Shown here piece after piece: positions 1 through 10,952 of a stretch of DNA of 64,000 nucleotides. The position numbers and the translations under genes are program-made. Position 1 is the stretch's first letter, and every line of letters begins with the position of its first letter. Under the pieces are notes generated by a model. It was not told where the DNA came from and made no database searches. It was given only the letters and a program-made list of their open reading frames with translations. Source of the stretch: Prasinococcaceae sp. CCMP 1430 (lineage: Eukaryota > Plantae > Prasinodermophyta); assembly GCA_013416795.1 (NCBI GenBank), contig RQSC01000523.1, forward strand, positions 40,642 to 104,641, read 5' to 3'.

Positions 1-2
1 GG

Positions 3-647
3 GAGGTCGGGTCCGACGAAGCCGTCAACGCCCTCATCGAGCTGCCGGGCATCGGGCCGAAGGTGGCGGCGTGCGTGGCGCTTTTCTCGCTGGACAAGCA
101 CGAGCTCATTCCGGTGGACACGCACGTGTGGCAGATCGCCGTGGAGCATTACACGCCCGAGCTGGCCGACAAGAGCCTCACGCCCAAGGTGCACGCCGCC
201 ATCAACGAGGCCTTCGAGACGCGCTTCGGTCCCTTCGCCGGCTGGGCGCACAACATCCTGTTCGTGTCGCACCTGCGCGAGTACAACAAGCGCTTGCCCG
301 AGCACCTGCAGTCACCCCCCACGCCCTCACCCAACGCCAAGGCCGCGAAGCGCAAGGAGCACGCCAAGGCGCTCAAGGCCAAGGCAGCGCGCGCGGGGGC
401 TGCCGAAGAAGAGGCGCCGGAGCCCAAGAAGGCCAAGAAGAAGCCCGGCACGACGACCAAGACGGCGAAGGCGCAGGGCAAAGCCAAGACTGGCGCGAAG
501 AAGCCGCGAGCGAAGGCCGCGGAGGCCGGCGTGGGCGCAGCTGCGACGGAGGCGAAGGCGTCGGGCGCGCGCGCGGGCGGCGACGCTGGTGTCGCCCGCG
601 CTCTGCACGCCGAGCTCAATGGCCGGCCCAGGCGCAGCCGACAGTGA
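3..647 (+). CDS. OGG1: 8-oxoguanine DNA glycosylase (HhH-GPD family), 5'-truncated by the window edge
   Basis: Reads LIELPGIGPKVAACVALFSLDKHELIPVDTHVWQIA (HhH hairpin with catalytic Lys, then VDTHV), followed by FGPFAGWAHNILF and a Lys/Ala-rich tail; TGA at 645-647. Confidence 0.9.
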   Translation, partial: EVGSDEAVNALIELPGIGPKVAACVALFSLDKHELIPVDTHVWQIAVEHYTPELADKSLTPKVHAAINEAFETRFGPFAGWAHNILFVSHLREYNKRLPEHLQSPPTPSPNAKAAKRKEHAKALKAKAARAGAAEEEAPEPKKAKKKPGTTTKTAKAQGKAKTGAKKPRAKAAEAGVGAAATEAKASGARAGGDAGVARALHAELNGRPRRSRQ

Positions 648-933
648 GGCAGTGTCGACTACAGTAATGGAAATCTCCTTCTGACTTTTCGGAACGATGC
701 GCGCGCCCGACGGTTATCAACCATTTTCCTGACATAAAATCGCCGCTCATGCGCGCGATGCCGCGCCCCGGCCTGTGGGACCTCGACTGCTGCTGTCGCG
801 CAGGCGTGCCACAGTGACACGCGCGCTTGGAGGCGACAGCGTCGCCCCCCGCGGTCCCACGACAACTGGCAGCGGGTGGACCGCGGCGAGGAGGGCCAGC
901 GCGTGGTCTTTGGCACGCGGTACACCACGGGTC

Positions 934-1961
934 ATGTTCGGCCCCCTGACAGCGCTCGCGGTGCGGTGGGTGTACCTACGCTGCGGCCTGAGCACGTTCA
1001 AGTCGCTCGTGGGTGCTGCACCGGCGACCGAGACGTCGAACTGGGACCAGGTCACGCCCACGCCTCCGCCTGCCGCGCTCACCTCACAGGGAAGCGTCCC
1101 TTCGAGCGATCCCAAGGCGGATGACGCGGAAGAGCCTGCGATGTGGGGCACGTTCTGGCTCGCGGCGATGCTGCTTGAGGCCATTTTCACGCTGTTCTCC
1201 GTGCCGCTGTTCTTCGTCCCGTTTTCGCCCGAAATCCGCCTGGCCGCCATCGTCTGGCTCACCCCTGGACCGTGCCAGTTTGGCTGCTGCGGCGGTGCCG
1301 CCCTCATCCACGCCCGCCTTGTGGTGCCCTTCCTGAAAAAGACTGATGGCAAGATCGATTCTAGATCGGCGCTCGCCTTTCTCGCGGAGAGCTCAAAGCA
1401 GGCTGTCGCAGACGCCGCTGTTGCGGCGAGGCGCTTTGCTGCTCCCATGGTCGCCACCGCCAACGAAGTCGTCGAGGACCTCACCGAGCAGGCGAAGGAG
1501 CTCCGGGAGGGCCTCATTGAGTCTCCAGCGGCTGCTGCTGCGGAGACACCCGACAAGAGAACGAGCTCGGAGAATGCCTCGCCAGCGCCAGTGTCGATGC
1601 TCTCAAAGGTGCGCAGACAGTCCACGATACGTGCGCGCGGCTTTGCTTGCAATGTTTGCTCGCCCCGCGACTCTCTCTCTCCGCGCTGACGCTGACGTTG
1701 ACGTGTCCCGCAAACCACTTTGGCGTCCTGGCGGCGGGCATCGTCCATGCGGCTGTACGGCAGATTGTTGCGGCAGCAACTGAGCACGAGAAGGCGCGCC
1801 AGTCATCTGCGGCACACGAGACCGCCGCCGCCAACAAGGCGGACGAGGTCGTCGCGTTCGCCGCTGGGGCCGCAGCAGGCGTCACGGCCACGATCGCCGC
1901 AGATTCTGGACACCCCGAGACCCCGCCCGAAGACCCGGCGACGCCACCGCTCGACGACTAA
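934..1961 (+). CDS. HVA22/REEP (TB2/DP1)-like membrane protein with an Ala-rich tail; probable intron about 1609-1763
   Basis: ATG at 934. WGTFWLAAMLLEAIF...FFVPFSPEIRLAAIVWL...LVVPFL resembles the HVA22 W..YW...E......P.Y.E.KL....WL pattern. Donor GTGCGC at 1609 and CTGAC repeats near 1686-1696; the acceptor is uncertain. Confidence 0.6.
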
Positions 1962-2204
1962 GTGATGCACGCAGGCCACAGTGGAGCGAGCAGAGCAATA
2001 ATGACAGCTTCGTCGTGCGCATGGTGCATAGACGAAGGTCGACAAGCAAAGGGTACGAGGAGATGAGCGAGAACATTGCTTGTGCAGGCGCGAGCGACGA
2101 CACAACAAAACACACATTTTTTACGGCCAGGGTGGCCCCGTGCTCAGGTGGCGGGCATATACTTTAGCGCCGGTCACATGCACATCTGCTGTCAGCAGAA
2201 CGCG

Positions 2205-3893
2205 TCAGGAAGCCTCCGCGGCCGGCGTCTGTGGCGCCGCGCCGTGCTTGTTGTCGGGGCGCCGGCGTTTGGCATCGATCGTGAAACCGTTGTCGCCTCC
2301 GCGCCGCAAATTGAACACGCGGTCGCGCCACGCCCGCGGCGAATCGCCGGGCTTGGTACCATCCACGCCATCAGGCACGACCCAGTCGACGGTCAGTAGC
2401 ATAGCACTCAAGAGAATGAGCAGCTCGTTGGTCGCCAAGACTTGGCCAGGACACACTCGCGGTCCGCACCCAAAGGGCGTGAAGTTGGATCCGAAGGCCT
2501 TGCTGCCTCGCGCCACGCTCGAGCTCGCAGGAAGGCTCTCCAGCCAGGGGAGCCAGCGGCGCGGGTCGAACGCATCTGCATCGTCCCACGCCCCACCGTC
2601 AGGGCGAGACATCTCGTTGAGCGCACTCCCTGAGAATAGAATCACGGTGTGGCCCTTGGGGATGTGAAATCCACCCACAACCAGGTCGTCGACGATGACC
2701 TCGCGGAAGGCAAATGGGACCACAACCCAGAAACGCAGCGTTTCGAGCACGGTGGCGTTGAGCAGGGTGGCCGCCGCCAGCCCGTCCGGCGTGATTTCCG
2801 CGGTGACGTCCTCGATTGTGGCGCCCTCCTGCGCCGCTTTGGCAGCTGCGGCGGGCATCGCCGCCTCAACATCCGCGCGCAGCGCAGCCGTGAGCTCCGG
2901 CATGGCGTAGAGCTCGGGAAGGATGGCGCTCAGGCTCGCGGCGGTCGTCTCGATGCCACCAAATAGCATGTTCGTGATAAAGCCCTTCAGCCACGCAACG
3001 TCCACGCCCTCAACGCCCTCCGCCGCGGCGGCGCGCGCCAGGCGCCCGGCCATGCCGTCGCCCTCGAAGCTCTCCCCAGCCTCGGCGCGCGCAAGCACGC
3101 GCCGCAGAGGGGCGTCGAGGATGTCGTCGATCACGCGCCTGCCTGCGTCCGCTGCGGCGCGCTCGGGGAACAGAGCAGACGAGAGCCACGACACGTCCAC
3201 GCCCGGCAGGTGCGTGCACTCGAGCTTCGGAGAAAAGAGGCCCTTGGACACCGCATCGAAGCCCTCCTGCATGCTCGCAATCTGATCATCGCTCAAATTC
3301 GCGTTGGGTCCCACGGCGGAGCTCACGGCTACCTCGAACGCCAGCCGGCGACACGCGGGGATCAGCACGGTCGGAGGGGGGGCGTGCGAAGACGCTGGCC
3401 CGGCTGCCCATCGGGCGAGATTGCGCCCGACGATGCGCTGCAGGTTGAGCCAATTGTCCGGCGCTTCGAGCGTTGCCGAGCTGATCGCGCCGGCGACCGC
3501 GCGCCGCGCCCGGCGGTGCTCGTCGCCAGAGAGGTTGAGCAGCGCGCCCTCGGGGCCAAGCAGCTCCACCAACGACGACGGCCACGCCGAGCGCACGGCG
3601 GTATCCTCGCGATTGAAGAGCTTGCGCACGTCCTCACCGCCGACGACAACGGTCACGCCTTCGGTGCTGAGGAGCGGCAGCGAGAGCTCAAACACCTCCA
3701 CCGCATCTCCCTCGTCGCCACCAATTTCTCCTACGCCTCGGGCCGTGCGCACCGCTTCCGCTCCCGAGATGCACACCCGGTTGATGCCCACACCGAAGCC
3801 CTCCTCGAGCGACGCGAGGGTATGACCAAGCAGAGGCAGCCCGCCGGGCGCGAGCGGGGGGCGCGGCGCCGGCAGCGCTGGGCTCGCGGCGGC

Positions 3894-3946
<53 letters not shown>

Positions 3947-4226
3947 GGCGTGTGTGCAAGCGCGTGTGGCTGTGGGACCGCCGCGCGCGTTCGATGCGGC
4001 GCTGCTTCGCGCCCGCGCCAAATCGTTGCACGCGAACCAGTTGACAGGCGCCCCCAACAATCCCAAACCGCAATGCATTGCATTGCCCCTCCCGGGTGTG
4101 GCATCGACGCGCGAAGATGGGAGTGCTTGTGTCAACTACTTGTCTCGTGTGATACCAAGTCATGCCGCAAGTCATCACCCCTCGACGGTGTGGTGGCACG
4201 TAGACCGCCGCGATGATGCCAGCCAT
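2205..4226 (-). CDS. Cytochrome P450 (CYP85-clan/CYP120-like); true start uncertain
   Basis: PPGGLPLLGHT-like Pro hinge, I-helix GGIETTA, K-helix ETLR, FDPRRW and heme motif PFGCGPRVCPG. The N-terminus crosses a 50-nt homopolymer. Confidence 0.92.
3896..3945. repeat. 50-nt poly-G homopolymer (reads as poly-Pro in the P450 frame)
   Basis: Uninterrupted G run visible in the sequence. Confidence 0.95.
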
Positions 4227-4379
4227 GAAGGAAAGCGAGAAGAGCCCTCGCGGCGATCACAAGCGGGAGCGTGGGCCCACCACACGCGAGCTCAACAGCG
4301 GGGCGCTGGTGGCATTGAGAGGGCGCCTCAAAAGCAGCGGGCCGTCCTCTAGCTAGGACAGTAGTACTTGTACAACATA

Positions 4380-7300
4380 TTACACATCATCCAACGCCCC
4401 GCCTTGGTCCCCAATGCGATCAAGCACGCCGCTGGCGAAAGCGCGAGAGACGCGCAGCCTCACCACGCCGTCGCCATGCACTCTCGCAGCCAGCCACTGC
4501 GGTGCGCCCCCGTGCGAGTCGTCGCCGCCGGCCGCGCTGGTGCCTGCGGGCGTGGAGCGAATGCAGACGCTGTGGTCGGTGCTGCCCTCGCCCTTCCACG
4601 CGTTGCGCCGCGGCGGCAACTCGCCGCGCAGCAACAGCCCACCATGGCGGCCAGCGCCGCAGAGCGCACCGTCGAGAGCGGCCGCTTTCGACGGCATATC
4701 GCCCGCGCCCACCTCGAGGCTTTCCAGCGCTCGCACTGTGGCGGCAGCTCCGAGCGCCACCACGCAGAGCGCGCGCGCCTCGCAAAGCGCCCCAAGGAGC
4801 GCAGCGCCCTCTTGCAACGGCAGCCATCCGCACGAGGAGACGTCGTCGGCCCGTGGCGCGTCATCCGCACAGAGAGCGCCACCAGGGCAGTTGTCGTCGT
4901 TCGAAAGGTCCAGCTCGAAGACGGCAGCGCCGACTCCGAGGACGCCTCCGCACGCACGGCCGACCGACTCGAGAGTCGCTGCGGCCCGCGCGCTCACGAT
5001 GACGAGGCGCGTCGGACGCACTGGCATGTCCTCCGCCGCAGCACCGCCATCGAACTCCGCGCGGATGCACGTGCGCGCGTGCGGCCGCTCGAGCATGGCA
5101 ACGAGCTCGCCGCGCTCGAATCGCGACGTGTCGATTCCGTAGGCGTCGCAGAGTCCGGTCCACCATGCAGCCTCGCCCACCCTCTCGTACGAGCGGGCGT
5201 ATTCGTAGCTCCCACTTCCGCGCACGCACACGTTCGCGGCCTCGGCCACCATCGCGCCGCCATGCCCTGCGCCCTCGTCGTCATCGCCCGCCGGCTCTAT
5301 CCGGGCATGGCTGGGGGGCATGGGCGCAAGCTTGCGCAGCAGCGCCACGAAGCGCCCCGAGCCGATGATCTTGTGCGGCAGCACGCGCATGCAGTCGAGC
5401 AGCACATCACTCTCGACCTCTTCAACCTCATGCACCCCACCACCGTAGCTCTGCGGGAACATGGTGCGCATGAGCGGCCCCTTGGGCGCCCTGTGATGCG
5501 CCGCCACATCCTCCCAGCGCTCGTACATACGAAAGAGGCTCAGCCCGCCGGGGTCGGGCACTAGCCAGCTCGTGAGCCCTGGCGCGCGCTCGAGTCCCAG
5601 CAGGTCGTTCTGGCCACTCGGCGGCGGCGCGAGCTCACACGTGCCGCCCGCGCGCCGCAGCGCCGCGAGCACCACCGCCTCGTTTTCCACCGGGTTGAAG
5701 CTCGAGGTGGTGTACGACACGAGGCCGCCCACTGCGCACCTGTGCAGCGCGCACTCGAGCATGTCGAGCTGCGCGGCGTGATGCGCAAGGCAGTCCGTCG
5801 CCCTCCACGAAGCCCAAAGCTCGGGGCGCACGCGAAGGTCGCCGTCGGCAGTAGACGCCGGGGCACACAGCACGCGGTCGAAGCGCAGCGATGGCGGCGC
5901 CGCGCGAAGCACGCACGCGCAGAGCGCCAACGCGTGCGGTGCGCCCGTCTCGCGCAGCGCACGCGTGCGAACCATCACGCGCGGGCCGCTGGGACCTTCG
6001 GCGGCGGCCAACGCTGCCTCGTCGGCGCAGGTCGCGCTGCCTTCCGCGGCCGCGGCCGCGGCCGCATCCATGCCCTCTCTCTCGCGCGCGGTGGGCTGCG
6101 CGCGCTCCAACGTCGACGTGGCGAGCACCACCGCGCCTGTCACAGCCTCGTCGCCCCCAGCGAGGAAGGCCATCGCGTGCGCCGCCTGCAGCGCGCCACC
6201 GGTGCCCTCGTGCTCGGCAGCTGCCTCGCGCGCGGCCACACCGCTGGCCGGTGCCTCATCGAGCACCAGGGTTGCTTGTGCGGGGCCGGGCGCGAGCAGC
6301 GCGACGGGAAGCGCCGCCGCCGCGTCCTGAAAGGCGAGGTCGCCCGCGGCGGCCGCGCCGCGGCACATCCGCCGCAGCTGCGGCGAGCACTGGTAGTTGT
6401 ACTGCGTGACCTTCCACACGCTCGCGGGCGCCGCCCAACGCACGCGCGTCCAGCGCGGGTCGGAACGCAGATCGCGCTCGAGCGCCGAACCCGGCGTGGC
6501 GTCGCGCAGGCGCACCGCTGCGGGGCTCGGGCGACGCAGCTCGTGTTCGAGCGCCTCCCACTCCTGCTCGTCCTCTGCGATGCGCTGTGCGCGGTAGTAC
6601 ACGCTGAAAGCCGCGCTCGAGCGCTCGGGGTCGGGCAGGTCGGCGAGTTGGTCGTCCGCAGGGAGCAAGTGCGACAGATCGGCGCCGAGCGCTTGGCCCT
6701 CGGCGCCCCCAGGCGCGCCGCCGGCGCCGCCCAGCGCGGCGCGCGCGGCCCGCTCGGCCGCGGCGAGCCGTGCCGCGAGCCCTGCAAAGCCGTTGAGGCG
6801 CGCGAGCTCCGCCGGCGAGATGCCCGAGCGATCCCTCGCGAGCAGCTGGCGCGCGCCAACGTTGGGCACCTCGGCCCCGAGCATCCACTCGACGAGGCCC
6901 GCGTGGCCATTCCACGCGGCCTTGCACAGCCCGCAGTGCCCCTGCTGGTTGCGCAGCGAGAAGTCAAGGCCGCGCTCAAGCAGCCAGCGGCACATCGCCA
7001 CATCGCCCGCGGACGCCGCCCAGTGGACGGCGCTACAGCCCCAGCGGTTGAGCGCGTGGCGGTCCACGCCCACGCGCAGCGCCCAGTCTGCGGCGCCGAC
7101 GTGCGCGCCGAAGACGGCCCAGTGGAAGGCGTTCACGCCGTCCTTGGTCGCGGCGTGCACGTCGGCGCCGCGCGCTGCGAGCAGCGCGCACGCGTCCTCT
7201 TTGCCGTTGCGCGCCGCCCAGTGCAGCGGCGTGCGCCCCGTGCGATTGGGCGCGTCGACGATCGCGCCCGCCGCCAGGAGCGCCTCGCACGCGCGCAGCT

Positions 7301-7883
7301 CGCCCGCTCCCGCGGCCCAGCACAGCGCAGATGAGCCGTGGCGGTCGGTCGTCTCCGGATCCCATCCCCTCGCGAGGAGCTCGGCCAGCCGCGCAACGTC
7401 GCCCGTGCTCGCTGCGTGCAGCCCGCAGCCGGGGTCGTCCGCGCTCTCGAACTGCGCGGCAGCGCCCTCGCGGCGTGCTCGCGCTCGGCGCTCTCGCGCG
7501 GCGGCGGCGCGCGCCACGCGCTCCGCCTTGGCGCGCGCCTTCTCTCTCTTGCGCTCGCGCTTCGCCGCCTGCTTGGCCTCCTCGCACGTGGGCTTCGAGC
7601 TCGACGGCGCGTCGGTCGCTTCCGCCTCCTCCTCCTCCTCACCCTCCTCCGCCGCCACGGCGTTGGTGCCGCTGCCGCCCCCCGCGTACCCGCGCGCCGC
7701 GGCGGCGGCCGCGAGGTACTCGTCGGCGCCGGCGACCTCCGCGCGCACCAGCTCAACTTCGAGGACGACCTCCCCGGGTTGAGCGAGGACAGCAAGCGCA
7801 TGCTGCGGTGGCACCGCGAGCGCGCGGCGGCGCAACGCGGTGGCCACGCGCGCCACTCGGGTGGCAACTCGANGCGAGGCCAA
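4380..7883 (-). CDS. Ankyrin-repeat protein fused to a degenerate NSUN2/Trm4-like RNA m5C methyltransferase domain
   Basis: About 6-7 ankyrin repeats (e.g. GRTPLHWAARNG, GCSAVHWAASAG) at about 6770-7425. Then FSVYYRAQRI, GDLAFQDAAAALPVALL, FDRVLCAPASTADG and GGLVSYTTSSFNPVENEAVV, collinear with Trm4/NSUN2 motifs. The start is obscured by a single N at 7873. Confidence 0.85.
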   Translation of the reverse strand: MASXRVATRVARVATALRRRALAVPPQHALAVLAQPGEVVLEVELVRAEVAGADEYLAAAAAARGYAGGGSGTNAVAAEEGEEEEEAEATDAPSSSKPTCEEAKQAAKRERKREKARAKAERVARAAAARERRARARREGAAAQFESADDPGCGLHAASTGDVARLAELLARGWDPETTDRHGSSALCWAAGAGELRACEALLAAGAIVDAPNRTGRTPLHWAARNGKEDACALLAARGADVHAATKDGVNAFHWAVFGAHVGAADWALRVGVDRHALNRWGCSAVHWAASAGDVAMCRWLLERGLDFSLRNQQGHCGLCKAAWNGHAGLVEWMLGAEVPNVGARQLLARDRSGISPAELARLNGFAGLAARLAAAERAARAALGGAGGAPGGAEGQALGADLSHLLPADDQLADLPDPERSSAAFSVYYRAQRIAEDEQEWEALEHELRRPSPAAVRLRDATPGSALERDLRSDPRWTRVRWAAPASVWKVTQYNYQCSPQLRRMCRGAAAAGDLAFQDAAAALPVALLAPGPAQATLVLDEAPASGVAAREAAAEHEGTGGALQAAHAMAFLAGGDEAVTGAVVLATSTLERAQPTAREREGMDAAAAAAAEGSATCADEAALAAAEGPSGPRVMVRTRALRETGAPHALALCACVLRAAPPSLRFDRVLCAPASTADGDLRVRPELWASWRATDCLAHHAAQLDMLECALHRCAVGGLVSYTTSSFNPVENEAVVLAALRRAGGTCELAPPPSGQNDLLGLERAPGLTSWLVPDPGGLSLFRMYERWEDVAAHHRAPKGPLMRTMFPQSYGGGVHEVEEVESDVLLDCMRVLPHKIIGSGRFVALLRKLAPMPPSHARIEPAGDDDEGAGHGGAMVAEAANVCVRGSGSYEYARSYERVGEAAWWTGLCDAYGIDTSRFERGELVAMLERPHARTCIRAEFDGGAAAEDMPVRPTRLVIVSARAAATLESVGRACGGVLGVGAAVFELDLSNDDNCPGGALCADDAPRADDVSSCGWLPLQEGAALLGALCEARALCVVALGAAATVRALESLEVGAGDMPSKAAALDGALCGAGRHGGLLLRGELPPRRNAWKGEGSTDHSVCIRSTPAGTSAAGGDDSHGGAPQWLAARVHGDGVVRLRVSRAFASGVLDRIGDQGGALDDV

Positions 7884-8045
7884 GGGAGGGAGAGAGGGGC
7901 AGCGTGGTGCGCGCGCCGGCGCGGCGAGGGGGCAGCGCCCTCCGCCCTCTGGACCTCAGACATGCGCAGTTTGCCAGTATCGATACACGGTACCGCACGA
8001 TTATCGAAAGGGGCGCGGCGCAGCGGCCGGCGCGGCGCGGCGCTC

Positions 8046-9293
8046 CTACGGCGGCGTGATGCGGCCGAGCACCTCGAGGAGCTTGTCGGTCTGCTCGGGC
8101 TTACCGACGGAAATGCGCACGTAGCCCGAGAGGATGGCCTTGTCGTAGTGGCGCACCATGACGCCCTCCGCCGCGAGCGCGTCCTTGAGGTCCTTGGCCG
8201 TCCAGGGGGCCTTGACGCTCATCAGCACGAAGTTGGCCTCCGAGGGGTACGGCTCGAGGAAGTCGAGCTGCTTCAGCCCGGCGTACATGCGCTCGCGCTC
8301 GCTCACCAGCGCGTCCTTGACCTCCTTGAGGTACTTGGGATTGGAGAGCGCCGCCATGCCCGCCACCTGCGCGGCCACGCTCACGTTGTACGGCTGCTTG
8401 GCGCGCCACAGGAACGGCGCCAGGCTGGCCGGGAAGGCGCCGTAGCCCAGCCGCAGGCCAGCGAGCCCGGCGCGCTTGGAGAACGTGCGCAGCACGATCA
8501 GGTTGCTGTACTCCTCCACCCACGAGATCCGGCTCGGCGAGCTGCCGAACTCGACGTACGCCTCGTCGAGCACCACGATGCACGGCAGCTGCAGCAGCTC
8601 CAGGATGTCCTCCTCGGACATCACCGAGCCGTCGGGGTTGTTGGGGCTCGTCAGGAAGACGAGCTTGGCGTTGGTGCGCGCCACCGCGTCCTTGACGCCC
8701 TGCACGTCCACCGAGAAGTCCTCGTTTCGCGGCACCGTCTCCACCTTGGCGGCGTTCACGTCGGCGTCGAAGGCGTACATGGTGAACGTCGGCGGGGTGT
8801 CGATGACCGTGTCCCCCGGCTCGAGCACCACGCGCATGAGCAGGTCGATGAGCTCATCGGCGCCGCATCCCACCAGCAGCAGCTCCGGGTCCACGCCGCA
8901 GTCTGCGGCGAGTGCCTCGCGCAGCTGGGTGCAGGCGGGGTCGGGGTAGATCTCCGGGAAGCTCATCGAGCCGAGGGCCTCGAGCACCTCCGGCGGCGGG
9001 CCGTAGGGGTTCTCGTTGGCGTCGAGCTTGACGATGTCCTCGGGCGCTCGCCCCAGCTGGCGGCTGAGCACCTCGAACGGCAGGATGGGCGTGTACGGCT
9101 TCATCTCGCGCAGGTGGGGCCGCACGAGCGCCGCCGCGTCACAGCCGCCCTTCATGGCCGGCTCTGCCACGCACCGCGCCCGCGCGCGCCGCGCGCCCGC
9201 CGCCGCACGCGAGCGCGTGCGCGAGCGCGAGGGCGTGCGCCGCGCGCGCGCACTGTGGTGCGCCGCCGCGCTCGCGCTGAACCCCGCGCGCAT
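8046..9293 (-). CDS. HISN6: Histidinol-phosphate aminotransferase with a putative plastid transit peptide
   Basis: KLDANENPYGP, GCGADELI, SPNNPDG, LDEAYVEF and the PLP-Lys motif RTFSKRAGLAGLRLGY. The ATG at 9293 precedes an Arg/Ala/Ser-rich presequence. Confidence 0.95.
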   Translation of the reverse strand: MRAGFSASAAAHHSARARRTPSRSRTRSRAAAGARRARARCVAEPAMKGGCDAAALVRPHLREMKPYTPILPFEVLSRQLGRAPEDIVKLDANENPYGPPPEVLEALGSMSFPEIYPDPACTQLREALAADCGVDPELLLVGCGADELIDLLMRVVLEPGDTVIDTPPTFTMYAFDADVNAAKVETVPRNEDFSVDVQGVKDAVARTNAKLVFLTSPNNPDGSVMSEEDILELLQLPCIVVLDEAYVEFGSSPSRISWVEEYSNLIVLRTFSKRAGLAGLRLGYGAFPASLAPFLWRAKQPYNVSVAAQVAGMAALSNPKYLKEVKDALVSERERMYAGLKQLDFLEPYPSEANFVLMSVKAPWTAKDLKDALAAEGVMVRHYDKAILSGYVRISVGKPEQTDKLLEVLGRITPP

Positions 9294-9692
9294 CCCCCCG
9301 CCACAAAAGGCTCGCATGAATGCATCCAGACACACATTGGATTCCATAAGATACCGCATCAAACCTCGAAACCTTCGGGTGTGGATTCCGTGCGCCGACA
9401 GCCCTATGATCTTGACGGCGGGCGCGTGCCTGCGATGCATGCAAGGCGGGCAGCCTTTGCGCCCTCCTTCTTGTGCGTGTGTCAGTGGGCTGGGTGAGAT
9501 CTGATCTCGTCGGGCCTGGCTGGCCATTGGCGCTGGCGCTGCTGCGGGCTCGCGCCACACACGCGCTCGCGCGGGGCGTGGGACGGGGCCGAGGGGCGGG
9601 GCGATCGCGCGAGGCGGGGCGGGCAGAGGTGGGGGAAGGTCAGCGGTCGCTCGACCGCGGCGCTCGCGCGGCCGCCGGAGCCCGCGCGCGCC

Positions 9693-10880
9693 ATGGTGGC
9701 CGCCGGGGACGCGTTCGAGGACGCCGAAGAGTACCTCGCGCCGACGCTGGACGCGCTGGTCGACGCGTCGAGCGGCCTGCGCTGGGTGTTCGTCGGCGGC
9801 AAGGGCGGGGTCGGCAAGACGACGACGGCCTGCTCGCTAGCGCTGCGCCTCGCGGCGGTGCGGCGCTCGGTGCTGCTCATCTCGACCGACCCGGCGCATA
9901 ACGTCAGCGACGCGTTCCGGCAGAAGGTCGGCCGGCATCCGACCAAGGTGGAGGGGGTGGACAACCTGTTCGCGATGGAGGTCGACCCCACGCCGGATCC
10001 CGCCGAGATCGAGCAGGCGGGCGCGGCGGGGGGCCTGCTGACTGACCTCGCGGGCAGCGTGCCGGGCATCGATGAGGCGATGAGCTTCGCCGAGGTGCTC
10101 AAATTGGTTCAGTCGCTAGACTATGAAACGGTCGTGTTCGACACGGCGCCAACGGGCCACACGCTGCGGCTGCTGCACCTCCCCGACGCGCTGGAGCAGG
10201 GCCTGGGCAAGCTGCTGGGGATGACGCAGGGGCTGGGCGGCATGGTCGCGCAAATTGGGCAGATGATGGGGCTGCCCGGCCTCGAGAACGTTGAGGATCT
10301 CATGGAGCGATTCAAGGAAATGAAGGTGCGCTTCGCCCACGCCCGTGCGCGCGCGAGCCAGGGCGCGGCACCGCCGCCGCTCCTGCGCGGCCTCTGACGC
10401 TGCGCTCGGCCGTGCCTGCGCCATCCCGCCCAGGTGACCATCGAGCAGGTCAACGCGCAATTCAAAGACCCCGCGCTCACGACCTTTGTGGCGGTGGCCA
10501 TCCCCGAGTTCCTCAGCCTTTACGAGACGGAGCGCCTCGTGCAGGAGCTGAGCAAGTACGACATCGATTGCCGGAATGTCGTCGTCAATCAGGTGCTCTA
10601 CCCGGGCCCAGAGGACAAGGGACCCCTGCTCGCCGCGCGTGTGGCCATGCAGAACAAGTACCTCTCGCAGTTCGAGGACCTGTACGCGGCCGATTTCCAC
10701 CTCGTGCGCATGCCAATGCTGCCCGCCGAGGTTCGCGGCGTGGACGCGCTCGAGAACTTCTCGCAAATGCTCACGGACCCGGCGCGCGCCGAGGAGGGCG
10801 AGATTGCACACCAGAGCGAGGTGGATGCGCTGCGAAAGCGCGTGGCCGAGCTTGAGGCCAAGCTGGCGGACAAAGCGTGA
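9693..10880 (+). CDS. GET3: GET3/ASNA1 tail-anchored protein insertion ATPase; exons 9693-10325 and 10434-10880
   Basis: FVGGKGGVGKTT, STDPAH, PGIDEAM, DTAPTGHT and IPEFLSLYETERL. The GT..AG intron 10326-10433 has a CTGAC branch site and joins the exons in frame. Confidence 0.95.
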
Positions 10881-10952
10881 GCCAAACTACTAATATTGCT
10901 ATTGCTCTAGCTATTGACTAGTCCACTAGTACGAGCTACCAGCTGAGGCTGG

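Noticed and set aside
3896-3945. Poly-G run as a functional G-quadruplex or true poly-Pro linker
   Set aside because: A pure 50-nt homopolymer with no codon variation is more likely a sequencing or assembly artefact, and its length cannot be trusted. A similar run abuts the gap at 54897.
10610-10660. GET3 lacks the CxxC dimerisation motif
   Set aside because: Plant cytosolic GET3a proteins also lack it, so this is expected for the lineage.
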